Source: an uncultured Porticoccus sp.
GTDB lineage: Bacteria; Pseudomonadota; Gammaproteobacteria; Pseudomonadales; Porticoccaceae
Length of the DNA stretch: 64,000 nt
Direction of reading: 5' to 3'
Assembly: GCA_963974675.1 (NCBI GenBank)
Contig: CAXBDQ010000012.1
Span: forward strand, 6,354-70,353
This document shows positions 1-9,958 of this stretch, piece by piece; position 1 is the stretch's first letter; each line of letters opens with the position of its first letter. Below the pieces are notes generated by a model. It was given only the letters and a program-made list of their open reading frames with translations. It ran no database searches and was not told the DNA's origin. Position numbers and translations under genes: made by a program.

Positions 1-1444
1 GCGCTTTTTCCAGCTCAATTTTTATCTGCGCTGCACCCTGCAATGCTGCTTTTTCTGCTATCCAAATTTCTTCAAGGTCAGCGTATTCCTTACCAAGAAT
101 ATCTATATCAGCCTTAATCTTCGCCAGGCGTTTTTGAGAGGCGTCATCCTTCTCTTTCTTAACAGCCTCCCGCTCCATTTTCAGTTGAATCAGTCTGCGT
201 TCAAGGCGGTCCATTTCTTCTGGTTTAGAGTCGATTTCCATACGAATTCGACTCGCAGCTTCATCCACTAAATCAATTGCCTTATCAGGCAATTGGCGAT
301 CGGTTATATAGCGTTGCGACAGCTTGGCCGCAGCCACAATAGCTGAGTCGGTAATATCCACACCATGGTGAACTTCATAGCGCTCTTTTAAGCCACGCAA
401 AATGGCGATGGTATCTTCTTCATTTGGTTCATCGACCAACACTTTTTGAAAGCGTCGCTCCAGCGCCGCATCCTTTTCAATATATTTTCGATACTCATCA
501 AGTGTAGTTGCTCCGACACAGTGCAATTCGCCTCGAGCCAGCGCAGGCTTCAACATATTACCCGCATCCATAGCACCTTCAGCCTTGCCGGCACTGACCA
601 TGGTATGCAGCTCATCTATGAACAGTATGATTTGACCTTCCTGTCTAGATAACTCTTTTAGAACAGCTTTCAGACGCTCTTCAAAATCACCACGGAACTT
701 TGCTCCCGCCAAAAGCGCTCCCAAATCCAAAGATAAAACTCGTTTATTCTTTAAGCCTTCAGGAACTTCACCATTAACAACTCGCTGGGCTAAGCCCTCA
801 ATAATGGCTGTTTTACCCACGCCCGGCTCACCAATTAATACCGGATTATTTTTTGTACGACGTTGTAATACTTGAATAGTACGACGTATTTCATCATCTC
901 GACCAATAACAGGATCGAGCTTCCCTTCTGCAGCACGCGCTGTCAGGTCAATGGTATATTTTTCCAATGCTTGGCGATTACCTTCTGCCTCTGGATCTGT
1001 CACTGCTTCACCCCCTCGAATTTTTTCTACAACAGCCTGCAATTTACTTTTGTCACCAAATTTGGCTAACGCCCTTCCCACATCACCACTGTTGTCAAAA
1101 GCAGCCAACATAACAGCTTCACTGGAAATATACTGATCACCCTGCTGCTGCGCCTGCTTATCAGCCCGATTAAACAACTTACCCAAATCAGCGGACAAAT
1201 TGACCTCACCGGTTGGTGATTGAATCTGTGGTAATCGCTCTATTAGCTGTTCTAATTCGATTTTTAACCCAGCCATGTCAAAACCTGCTTGTTTTAGCAT
1301 GGGCGTCATTGAGCTACTTGATTGATTGAGTAACGCTAATATCAGATGAACAGGCTCAAGGCTGGGGTTATCTTTGCCCACAGCCATTGATTGAGCATCT
1401 GAAACAGCATTTTGTAAATGATGGGTAAAACGATCAAAACGCAT
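1..1444 (-). CDS. clpB: ATP-dependent chaperone ClpB, 5' part; runs off the left edge and is absent from the ORF track
   Basis: Reverse complement from CAT at 1442-1444 reads [33 protein letters not shown]; further in are [39 protein letters not shown] (Walker A) and [21 protein letters not shown]. Confidence 0.97.
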   Translation of the reverse strand, partial: MRFDRFTHHLQNAVSDAQSMAVGKDNPSLEPVHLILALLNQSSSSMTPMLKQAGFDMAGLKIELEQLIERLPQIQSPTGEVNLSADLGKLFNRADKQAQQQGDQYISSEAVMLAAFDNSGDVGRALAKFGDKSKLQAVVEKIRGGEAVTDPEAEGNRQALEKYTIDLTARAAEGKLDPVIGRDDEIRRTIQVLQRRTKNNPVLIGEPGVGKTAIIEGLAQRVVNGEVPEGLKNKRVLSLDLGALLAGAKFRGDFEERLKAVLKELSRQEGQIILFIDELHTMVSAGKAEGAMDAGNMLKPALARGELHCVGATTLDEYRKYIEKDAALERRFQKVLVDEPNEEDTIAILRGLKERYEVHHGVDITDSAIVAAAKLSQRYITDRQLPDKAIDLVDEAASRIRMEIDSKPEEMDRLERRLIQLKMEREAVKKEKDDASQKRLAKIKADIDILGKEYADLEEIWIAEKAALQGAAQIKIELEKA

Positions 1445-1488
1445 AGCAGCCCTCTCATATATTCGCTAGCCAATTCCCTATACTTGTA

Positions 1489-1514
1489 ATGGGGGCAGCA
1501 ACGGCGATATCAAG
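1489..1514 (-). promoter_or_regulatory. sigma32 (RpoH) promoter of clpB
   Basis: Minus strand CTTGAT-N14-CCCCAT matches the CTTGAA-N13/14-CCCCAT consensus and lies 45 nt upstream of a heat-shock gene. Confidence 0.8.
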
Positions 1515-1528
1515 CGCTAACACACACC

Positions 1529-2308
1529 TCAACTGATCCAGATCAAGCTGGCCATTCGTCCTGTCTGCCCCTCACGTCGATAGGAGTAAAATTGTTTTGA
1601 ATTAGCATAGGTACAAAAGTTACCGCCATAAATCTGAGTAACACCTTCTAAGTTTAAGGCCACTTTTGCGAGACAATACAGGTCGGCCATCCAGTGTTCG
1701 TTCTGTTTTTTTTGCTTATTACTGCTTTTTAAAAAACAAGCTTCGATCCTATTTTTACTACCCCTGTTTTCAACATCATCATTGAAGGTATTATCAAGAA
1801 ATGCTCGCCTGACTTCAGCACCGACTTCAAAGTGCTGCTGACTAATAGCTGGGCCAAGGTAAACCATTAGGTTAGCCGGAGAGGAAGAGAACTGCCTTAC
1901 GGCATTGCGGACAATGCCTGCTGCCAACCCACGCCAACCCGCATGGATTGCTGCCACTTCAGTCCCCGCCACATTACAAAGCAAGATCGGCAAACAATCT
2001 GCCGTCATAACAGTACAAACACGTCCAGGAGTATTGGCATAACTACCATCTGCGGTGAGAACAAGACCATCACTGGCAGCCTTCACCATGACAGTACCGT
2101 GTATTTGGTTGAGTAACTGTGGCGATGAAGGAAGGCCTAATTGTTTGGATAACAATTGCCAGTTTTGCGCTACTGACTCAAGTTTATCCCCCACATGATA
2201 GGCAAGATTAAGTGAATCCCAAGGTCGGAGTGACTGGCCACCGCGCCGGGTGCTTATCGCTGCACAAACGTTATTTGGCGCGGGCCAGTCGGGTTTCAAT
2301 ATTTTCAT
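1529..2308 (-). CDS. pgeF: Purine nucleoside phosphorylase / peptidoglycan editing factor PgeF (YfiH)
   Basis: SLNLAYHVGD, LNQIHG, VMTADCLPILL, AAIHAGWRGL and FYSYRR motifs; canonical rluD-pgeF-clpB order. Confidence 0.95.
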   Translation of the reverse strand: MKILKPDWPAPNNVCAAISTRRGGQSLRPWDSLNLAYHVGDKLESVAQNWQLLSKQLGLPSSPQLLNQIHGTVMVKAASDGLVLTADGSYANTPGRVCTVMTADCLPILLCNVAGTEVAAIHAGWRGLAAGIVRNAVRQFSSSPANLMVYLGPAISQQHFEVGAEVRRAFLDNTFNDDVENRGSKNRIEACFLKSSNKQKKQNEHWMADLYCLAKVALNLEGVTQIYGGNFCTYANSKQFYSYRREGQTGRMASLIWIS

Positions 2309-2409
2309 GTTAAAACCTTTTTGGATGGCTCTCGTTTCTACAATTTTATTTTGCTAGGTCCCCGTCTTAACTGACGTCTTGCCTAGCCTACTTTGCACAA
2401 AAGCAAGTT

Positions 2410-3378
2410 CTAGCAAATATCCTCAGCCTTAGCATTTGCCTTTAGTGCAGCCAGTAAGATATTGAAATCTGAGGGAAGTGCGACTTGCCACTCCATATAC
2501 TCCCCAGAACCGGGGTGAATTAATCCAAGCTTTCCTGCATGCAAAGCCTGACGCTTAAAGCTGCGCAACAAATTCTGTAATTCTGATGTCGCCCCCTTTG
2601 GCAATTTAAGGCGCCCACCATAAACAGCATCACCGACCAAAGGGTAGCCAATATGAGCCATATGCACACGTATCTGATGTGTGCGACCAGTTTCTAATTT
2701 AACGCGAATGTGCGTATGGTGGGGAAACCGCTCGATCACCCGATAATGTGTAACCGCTTCTTTGCCTCCATGCGCGACTACCGCCATTTTGGTCCGTATC
2801 TGCGCATGACGCCCCATGGGTTTATCCACAGAACCACCGCCAGTCATCACACCCTGAGCAACAGCCTGGTATTCACGAGTTACTGTCCGAGACTGCAATT
2901 GTTTAATGAGTGCATGGTGAGCCTCTAATGTTTTAGCCACCACCATGAGTCCTGTGGTCTCTTTATCCAAACGATGGACAATACCTGCTCGAGGGATATT
3001 TTCATTAGCAGGCACATGATGAATCAGACCATTAAGCAGCGTACCCGTATAGTTACCCGCTGCAGGATGAACGACTAATCCAGACGGTTTATTAATCACC
3101 AGAATGTCATCATCTTCGTAGGTAATATCCAGCTGGATAGGTTCCGGCTGCCATTCCCCTTCAGGTTCTGGTACAACATCGATAGTAAGAAGCTCTTCGC
3201 CAAGAAGCTTATCTTTGGACCGGCATCGCTTCCCATTCACCAACAAATCACCATCTTTAATCCATTGCTGTAAACGTGATCGTGAAAAGCCGTCAAAAAG
3301 CTCCGCGGCTACTTGATCAAGACGCGCTCCACGCAACGCCAAAGGGACACTTGCCTCTAGTTTTATAGGATCAGTCAT
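2410..3378 (-). CDS. rluD: 23S rRNA pseudouridine synthase RluD
   Basis: N-terminal S4 domain, INKPSGLVVHP, catalytic HRLDKETTGL, LETGRTHQIRVH. Confidence 0.97.
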   Translation of the reverse strand: MTDPIKLEASVPLALRGARLDQVAAELFDGFSRSRLQQWIKDGDLLVNGKRCRSKDKLLGEELLTIDVVPEPEGEWQPEPIQLDITYEDDDILVINKPSGLVVHPAAGNYTGTLLNGLIHHVPANENIPRAGIVHRLDKETTGLMVVAKTLEAHHALIKQLQSRTVTREYQAVAQGVMTGGGSVDKPMGRHAQIRTKMAVVAHGGKEAVTHYRVIERFPHHTHIRVKLETGRTHQIRVHMAHIGYPLVGDAVYGGRLKLPKGATSELQNLLRSFKRQALHAGKLGLIHPGSGEYMEWQVALPSDFNILLAALKANAKAEDIC

Positions 3379-3509
3379 TTGGTCTCAGTCATTGATGTTT
3401 TGCATCCCGTCGGGGCTGTGGTTAAATAGTCCATCTTACAGACATAGCGCCAGCTAAAGAACACTTTACGCTTCCCCATTAGGATTAAAAACCAGGATTA
3501 AACCACCCC

Positions 3510-4493
3510 ATGCGATTTCTGTTTCCACTGCTATTATGTACAACATTGTTGACCACTGGGTGCTCCTGGTTCAACTCAGTCAATAACATAAGAGATGAAG
3601 ACGATATGCCTGACACCTCAGGCTATACCGAAAAAGACTTTTATAATGTTATTCAAAATGATTTAAAAGGTGGTTTCTGGCAAACAGCGATCGACAATCT
3701 TGAAGCCTTGGAAGCCCAATTTCCCTTTGGTGACTACGCCGAACAAGCTCAACTAGAGCTGATCTACGCTCGCTTTAAATCCAATGAATTTGAAACAGCC
3801 ATTGCAGCAGCAGACCGATTTATCCGACTACACCCACAACACCCCAATGTTGACTACGCCTATTATTTAAAAGGGCTTTCTTCTTTTTCACAAAGTAAGG
3901 GGCTTTTTGACCAGCTACTGCCCACCGATGAAACAAAACGCGATCCTGGCTCGGCTCGCAGCTCTTTTTCTACTTTTAACGAATTACTGAGCCGATTCCC
4001 TGAAAGCCCCTACGCACCAGATGCACGCAAACGAATGATCTATTTGCGAAACATTCTTGCTCGCCATGAAATACACGCCGCTAATTACTTTTTCTCTCGT
4101 GAAACTTATCTTGCCGCAGCCAATAGAGGTCGCTATGTAGTCGAAAATTTTCATATGACACCGTCCTTCCCTGATGGACTTGCGGTTATGGCCCAAGCCT
4201 ATTATTTGATGCAAATGTACGATCTCGCAGATGATGCGGCCACATTACTCGCCACCAACTATCCCAGCCATCCAGCCCTAGACTCGAGTGGCAAGTTTCA
4301 GTATCAGGACACAGCGACAGAAATGAAACGTAGTTGGAGGAATAGACTGACAGCAGGGCTTGTGGATAAGCCTGACTCAATCAGCTTCGACTCCCGCCAA
4401 ATCTTCAACGAACGCTATAAAAGTATCTACGAAAACCATGACCTGACCAAAAGATCTTGGTTAAGCCGGCTTACCCTTGGTATTTTTGATTAA
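3510..4493 (+). CDS. bamD: Outer membrane protein assembly lipoprotein BamD (ComL) with a long C-terminal tail
   Basis: Lipobox LTTGC, FPFGDYAEQAQLELIYA, RFIRLHPQHPNVDYAYYLKGL; divergent from rluD. Confidence 0.95.
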   Translation: MRFLFPLLLCTTLLTTGCSWFNSVNNIRDEDDMPDTSGYTEKDFYNVIQNDLKGGFWQTAIDNLEALEAQFPFGDYAEQAQLELIYARFKSNEFETAIAAADRFIRLHPQHPNVDYAYYLKGLSSFSQSKGLFDQLLPTDETKRDPGSARSSFSTFNELLSRFPESPYAPDARKRMIYLRNILARHEIHAANYFFSRETYLAAANRGRYVVENFHMTPSFPDGLAVMAQAYYLMQMYDLADDAATLLATNYPSHPALDSSGKFQYQDTATEMKRSWRNRLTAGLVDKPDSISFDSRQIFNERYKSIYENHDLTKRSWLSRLTLGIFD

Positions 4494-4524
4494 TAAGGCT
4501 TATCAGCACCCAGGTTTAAAAATC

Positions 4525-4550
4525 AAAAGGGGCTTTAAGCCCCTTTTTTT
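4525..4550 (+). terminator. Rho-independent terminator after bamD
   Basis: aaaaggggc-ttaa-gcccc followed by a T7 run. Confidence 0.85.
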
Positions 4551-4718
4551 GTATACGTCAGTTTTATAGCGATACTTCCATTCCACACAATACAGTCAAG
4601 GAATATAACCCTTGAGTGTTTTATCCTAAACGACCTTCCCCTAGAATACGGGCATCCGTATGGTTTTCGCCCACTATAGTTTTATGCCGCAACCAAGTTA
4701 ACCTGAACACAAGAGATC

Positions 4719-5567
4719 TTGCCCATGGATATCGATCTTACCTGCCAAAAAATTCGCCAGGAAATGAAGGTCATACCAAAGATTGACCCAGAATTTGAAG
4801 TAGAACGCCGAGTAGCCTTTATTAAATCAATATTGGTCAAATCTGGTTTAACACATCTAATTTTGGGTATTAGTGGCGGCATTGATTCAACTACCTGCGG
4901 TCGACTAGCCCAAATGGCCGTGAATCAACTCAACCAAGACAACAACCCTAAGTATCGTTTCACTGCTGTGAGGCTTCCCTATGGGGTTCAAGCTGATGAA
5001 CATGAGGCACAACAAGCCCTACAATTTATCGAACCCTCTGAAAATATTGTAGTGAATATAAAATTAGGTGCAGACGGCATTCATGAAGAAACCCTCGGCG
5101 CGTTAAAAAACCACTCCATGCTAACCGCATCAGACAGAGCGATTGACTTCACCAAGGGAAACACAAAAGCCCGATGCCGAATGACGATTCAATATGAAAT
5201 AGCTGGCCTTTTAGGTGGTTTAGTTTTGGGAACAGACCACTCTGCAGAAAACATTACGGGGTTCTTCACGAAATGGGGAGACGGTGCCTGTGATTTAGCA
5301 CCATTATTCGGTCTCAGTAAACGGCAGGTCCGCCAGATTGCTCAGTTTCTCGGAGCACCGCAGGTATTAGTTGAAAAAACACCTACTGCAGATCTAGAGT
5401 GCCTTTCACCACAAAAAGCTGACGAACATACGTTAGGTGTCACTTATGATGAGCTCGATGATTTTTTAGAGGGCTACCCCATTAGCTCAGAAGCAACGAC
5501 CCGCATCATAGACATTTATCAACAGACCCAGCATAAACGTAGCCCTATCCCTACACTTTATGATTAG
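4719..5567 (+). CDS. nadE: NH3-dependent NAD+ synthetase (single domain)
   Basis: [11 protein letters not shown]-loop, [33 protein letters not shown]; start may be the ATG at 4725. Confidence 0.95.
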   Translation: MPMDIDLTCQKIRQEMKVIPKIDPEFEVERRVAFIKSILVKSGLTHLILGISGGIDSTTCGRLAQMAVNQLNQDNNPKYRFTAVRLPYGVQADEHEAQQALQFIEPSENIVVNIKLGADGIHEETLGALKNHSMLTASDRAIDFTKGNTKARCRMTIQYEIAGLLGGLVLGTDHSAENITGFFTKWGDGACDLAPLFGLSKRQVRQIAQFLGAPQVLVEKTPTADLECLSPQKADEHTLGVTYDELDDFLEGYPISSEATTRIIDIYQQTQHKRSPIPTLYD

Positions 5568-5644
5568 CTCAATATCTGTGGTCAGTTAATACCACCCAAT
5601 GAAACAAAAAACCGTCACTGGTAGCCCTGCGCAATGAGAAGAAG

Positions 5645-5682
5645 GCTACTTAGTAACAGGAAAGCTACTCAGTAACGGAAAA
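5645..5682 (+). repeat. Imperfect 19-bp tandem duplication in the pilS leader
   Basis: gctacttagtaacaggaaa followed by gctactcagtaacggaaaa. Confidence 0.75.
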
Positions 5683-5691
5683 AGAGCCTCT

Positions 5692-7317
5692 ATGATGCAA
5701 AAAAACCATCAGGCCGAAATTACAACTGCTCCAGACAGTCTACTTAAGGTTTACTCATACTACCGGGCATTGCTGTCAGCTACCCTGCTAATAATGTGGC
5801 TGATAGGCATGGGCTTTAATGTCCTAGGCAGCGCTTACCCCCAACTCTATTTTGTTACTACCTCTATTTATGTAGTGCTCTGCCTTCTGACCCTACCCCA
5901 TTTTCATTTAAACCGGTCTGGCCCAAATATTCAGCTACTTTTCTTCATACTACTAACCGATATGGTGGCGGTCACTCTGATCATGCATACCAGTGGAGGT
6001 TTGAGTAGTGGGCTGGGGTTTTTAATGTTGGTTATTGTTGCTGCAGGAAGCATCCTGCTCTCCGGCCGATGGTCGTTACTGATCGCAGCCATCGCCAGCC
6101 TCTGCGTATTAACAGAGACCCTGTCTTCTACATTCCTACTCAGCAACAATGAAGAGATTATTTTCCCGGCGGGAATACTTGGCATTTTATTTTTTGTCAC
6201 TGCACTGGTTTTTCAGGTCTTAACTCGTCGAATCCGCGAAGCCCAATCCATCGCGAGCCAAAGAACGGCCGAAAGCGCAAGATTGCAAACATTAAATGAA
6301 TCCATTGTAAAAAGAATGCGTACAGGGATTATTGTGGTCGATGGGCAGGACAATATTCAGTTAATTAATAGTGCTGCCATCCAGCTACTCGACAGCCAAA
6401 AACAAGACCTGCCCTTAAATACCGGGCAGTCATTAAGGACCATTCACCCACTCTTTAAACAGCTGGAGCGCTGGCGCACTTATCCTTGGCTAAGAACACC
6501 CACATTTAAAACTACTACTGCTTCTCGTGAATTACAGGCCAACTTTACCTCACTTTACAATGAGGAAGATCGCCATGTACTTATCTTTTTGGAAGATACA
6601 CGTGCCCTTGCGCAACATGCCCAACAATTAAAGTTATCCTCCCTTGGCCGACTGACCGGCAGCATTGCCCACGAGGTACGAAACCCCTTAGGCGCAATAA
6701 GCCATGCATCCCAACTACTTTCTGAGCAATCAGAAAACGAAACCCAAACAAAATTATTGGATATCATTCACCGCCACTGCGGTCGAGTGAACCAAATTGT
6801 TGAAAATGTTCTGCAATTATCTCGACAAAAACCACCCGCCTTCCAAAAACTATGGTTACTTCAGTGGCTTAAAAAATTCCGACACGAGTACCTTGAAAAC
6901 CATAATGCAGACGGAATGATCGAAATTGAAAGCACCGGTCGGGATACGCAAATATTCTTTGACCCCAGTCACCTCAGCCAAATTCTGGTTAATTTGGTGG
7001 ACAATGGGCTACGATATAGCGAACTACAGATGGAACAGCGCTGGGTGAAACTAGTGATTTCAAAAGATACCTCCTCAGAGCTTCCCTTTCTGGAGATATA
7101 CGACAAAGGGCCAGGAATTCCTCATAAAGATCAGGAAAATATTTTTGAACCCTTTTTTACTACCTCAAATGAAGGTTCAGGACTGGGACTCTATCTCGCC
7201 CAGGAGCTCTGTGCTGTTAATTATGCCTCCCTTAGCTATGTTGGAGAAACTCAGAAAAAACGGTGTTTCAGGATTGGATTCGCTCACCCCGAAAGATTAT
7301 TACCGAGACCACAGTAA
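5692..7317 (+). CDS. pilS: Type IV pilus sensor histidine kinase PilS
   Basis: About 6 N-terminal TM helices, PAS-like region, H-box SIAHEVRNPL, N-box QILVNLVDNG, DKGPGI and GSGLGL; coupled to pilR. Confidence 0.93.
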   Translation: MMQKNHQAEITTAPDSLLKVYSYYRALLSATLLIMWLIGMGFNVLGSAYPQLYFVTTSIYVVLCLLTLPHFHLNRSGPNIQLLFFILLTDMVAVTLIMHTSGGLSSGLGFLMLVIVAAGSILLSGRWSLLIAAIASLCVLTETLSSTFLLSNNEEIIFPAGILGILFFVTALVFQVLTRRIREAQSIASQRTAESARLQTLNESIVKRMRTGIIVVDGQDNIQLINSAAIQLLDSQKQDLPLNTGQSLRTIHPLFKQLERWRTYPWLRTPTFKTTTASRELQANFTSLYNEEDRHVLIFLEDTRALAQHAQQLKLSSLGRLTGSIAHEVRNPLGAISHASQLLSEQSENETQTKLLDIIHRHCGRVNQIVENVLQLSRQKPPAFQKLWLLQWLKKFRHEYLENHNADGMIEIESTGRDTQIFFDPSHLSQILVNLVDNGLRYSELQMEQRWVKLVISKDTSSELPFLEIYDKGPGIPHKDQENIFEPFFTTSNEGSGLGLYLAQELCAVNYASLSYVGETQKKRCFRIGFAHPERLLPRPQ

Positions 7318-8678
7318 TGATAAAAAAACGCGCCTTAATCGTTGATGACGAGCCTGACATTCGTGAACTGTTATCCATGACACTGGAACAAATGGGACTT
7401 GAAACGGTCACTGCGGCCAAGTTATCCAAAGCAAAAAAACTGCTCGAATCTGAACACTTTGACCTGTGTCTTACAGACATGAAAATGCCTGACGGCAATG
7501 GCCTGGAGTTAGTAGAGTATGTTCAGTTGTCCTTACCACAACTCCCTATTGCCATGATTACAGCCTATGGCAATATGACTATTGCCGTGGATGCTCTAAA
7601 AAAAGGTGCTTTCGATTTCATATCAAAGCCTATTGAACTCATGCGCTTACGAAACATTGTTGAGTCTGCACTTAAGCTTGAAACAGAACCACAGGCAACG
7701 TCATCCCAAAAAGCATCGACCTCAACAGAGCTGATCGGCTCCTCTCCCGCCATGGAGAAACTAAAACAACAAATTCGTCGTGTTGCACGCAGTCAAGCGC
7801 CCATCTTTATCAGTGGAGAATCTGGGAGTGGCAAAGAACTTGTTGCCAGAGCTATCCACCAACTAGGGCCTAGAAAAAACGGCCCGTTTATTCCCGTCAA
7901 CTGCGGGGCCATACCAACAGGGTTGATGGAAAGTGAATTTTTTGGCCATAAAAAAGGGAGCTTTACCGGTGCTCACCAAGACAAACAAGGTCTATTCCTA
8001 GCCGCTAATGGCGGCACCCTTTTGCTCGATGAGGTGGCAGATTTACCAATAGCCATGCAAGTCAAATTGTTGCGGGCTATTCAAGAAAAAAGCATCCGTG
8101 CTGTCGGTTCAGAAGAAGAAATTTCAGTCGATGTCCGCATTCTCAGTGCCACACATAAAAACTTGGCAAAGGAAGTACAGAGCCATCAATTTCGCCAAGA
8201 CTTATTCTACCGGATAAATGTGATCGAACTACCAGTACCCAGCTTGCGCCAACGTGCAGATGACATACCTTTATTAGCAAACAAATTTTTAGCACAATTC
8301 TCGGAAGAAGCTGACCTCCCAATCCTACAACTTTCTGAAGAGGCATTAGACGCCCTAAAGCAGCATCACTTCCCTGGAAATATTCGAGAATTAGAAAATA
8401 CCCTAGAGCGAGCATTTACACTTTGCCAAAGTACTACTATTACCACAGAAGACCTTCAACTACCCATGGTGACACAACAACCAAGGGAAACATCGTATAA
8501 CGCAAGCCCACCTGAAAATATGCAGGGTTCGATAGATGAGCATTTGGCTTCTATAGAAAAAGAACTATTACTGAATGCCCTAGAACAAAATCGTTGGAAT
8601 AAAACAGCCGCAGCTAAGGCTTTGGGTATTAGTTTTCGGCAAATGAGGTATAAATTACAAAAATTTGGCCTCGAATAA
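7317..8678 (+). CDS. pilR: Sigma54-dependent response regulator PilR
   Basis: REC domain (LIVDDE...LTDMKMPDGNG), AAA+ GESGSGKE, ESEFFGHKKGSFTGA, Fis-type HTH; ATG 7317 overlaps the pilS TAA. Confidence 0.95.
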   Translation: MIKKRALIVDDEPDIRELLSMTLEQMGLETVTAAKLSKAKKLLESEHFDLCLTDMKMPDGNGLELVEYVQLSLPQLPIAMITAYGNMTIAVDALKKGAFDFISKPIELMRLRNIVESALKLETEPQATSSQKASTSTELIGSSPAMEKLKQQIRRVARSQAPIFISGESGSGKELVARAIHQLGPRKNGPFIPVNCGAIPTGLMESEFFGHKKGSFTGAHQDKQGLFLAANGGTLLLDEVADLPIAMQVKLLRAIQEKSIRAVGSEEEISVDVRILSATHKNLAKEVQSHQFRQDLFYRINVIELPVPSLRQRADDIPLLANKFLAQFSEEADLPILQLSEEALDALKQHHFPGNIRELENTLERAFTLCQSTTITTEDLQLPMVTQQPRETSYNASPPENMQGSIDEHLASIEKELLLNALEQNRWNKTAAAKALGISFRQMRYKLQKFGLE

Positions 8679-8731
8679 TGGTAGTTAGTCCATAAATGCG
8701 GTCTATCGTTAGCTTAGACGGTAACCAAATA

Positions 8732-8813
8732 CATCCTCCTAACAAACCGGATACGAGGATGACATAACAACATCAGGCCAAGGATGGTCTGACTTCATTC
8801 ACCAAGGAAGGAG
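8732..8813 (+). promoter_or_regulatory. Structured leader with five GGA motifs, putative CsrA/RsmA target
   Basis: Hairpin catcctc..gaggatg (8732-8761); hairpin tcaggcca-AGGA-tggtctga (8773-8792); AAGGAAGGAG overlapping the RBS. Confidence 0.6.
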
Positions 8814-8819
8814 AATGCA

Positions 8820-9332
8820 ATGAACCGGGAAAAAGGATTTACCCTGTTTGAATTAATTTTCACCATAACCATACTCATTGTTACTTTAACTCTGGGTATC
8901 CCCCAATTACAGCAATGGGTTCAACGTAGTAAAGCCACCAACTTACAGTACACCCTACTACACAGTATTCACTACGCTCGGGGTCAGGCAATTCGACTTC
9001 AATCGACGGTCACCCTGTGCCCAGGGAGCAGTCAATGTGAAGATAGCTGGAACTCACAACTGCTTATTTTTAGCGATCTGAATAGCAATGGAATCTTGGA
9101 CAGTAATGAACTCCTATTAAAATACATGGATATTGGCGTCTTGGGTGAACGCCTGGACTGGCGGTCATTTCGCCGAAAACCCTATCTACAGTTTGATTTA
9201 CACGGACTCACACCAGCCCTTAACGGGACACTTCACTTTTGCCCACATCCCACAAATGAAGATCTCAAATTTTCCATCATTCTGTCTCGCACAGGCCGGG
9301 TTCGTATTAGTGACAGTCCAAATTGCGTGTAG
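8820..9332 (+). CDS. fimT: GspH/FimT-family minor pilin, FimT-like
   Basis: Prepilin cleavage motif KG/FTLFEL; C-terminal GRVR motif. Confidence 0.75.
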   Translation: MNREKGFTLFELIFTITILIVTLTLGIPQLQQWVQRSKATNLQYTLLHSIHYARGQAIRLQSTVTLCPGSSQCEDSWNSQLLIFSDLNSNGILDSNELLLKYMDIGVLGERLDWRSFRRKPYLQFDLHGLTPALNGTLHFCPHPTNEDLKFSIILSRTGRVRISDSPNCV

Positions 9333-9463
9333 CCCGCGCTTAATATCTACCGCCGATATAAGCTAAAAAACCGTCTATCAGAAACCCATTGATACCCACA
9401 TTAATACAGTTATAAGTATGCTGTAGAAAAACTTTCACCATTTTCATAAATGGACAGGTAAAC

Positions 9464-9958
9464 ATGCAGAAAGGGTTCACTCTTATTGAGTTAATGGTCA
9501 CGTTGGTGGTACTCGTGGTAGCACTTAGCATTGGCATTCCCAATTTCTCCACATGGATCAAAAACAATCGGATTGATGCAAGTACTCGAACCCTTGCAAG
9601 CGCCCTACAAATAGCTAGAAGTGAAGCTGTATCACGCCAAAGTGTTATAACAATAGATAGTGGTGGCGACTGGGCGAATGGCTTAACAATTTACACAGAT
9701 GTAGCCGGCGTAGGGAATACAGCTATCACCGCAGCAGATACTTTAATAAAAGACCTAGATTTTTCTATGGATGGGATTACAACCACGACCAATGATAATA
9801 ATTTTATCAGCTTTACCAATACAGGCAGGTTAAGTACAGCAGATACATCACCATTGATTCTGACTCTATGCCTTACCAGTGGCGAATCGGATGGAACTCA
9901 GATAACAATCAACACCGTAGGTAGAACATCTATCAGCGAGAAAAATAACTGCCCATGA
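9464..9958 (+). CDS. fimU: GspH/FimT-family minor pilin, FimU-like
   Basis: KG/FTLIELMV, LQIARSEAV; first gene of the pilVWX operon. Confidence 0.75.
   Translation: MQKGFTLIELMVTLVVLVVALSIGIPNFSTWIKNNRIDASTRTLASALQIARSEAVSRQSVITIDSGGDWANGLTIYTDVAGVGNTAITAADTLIKDLDFSMDGITTTTNDNNFISFTNTGRLSTADTSPLILTLCLTSGESDGTQITINTVGRTSISEKNNCP

Noticed and set aside
446-1136. Three short plus-strand ORFs
   Set aside because: Antisense shadows of clpB, which the ORF track missed because it runs off the edge
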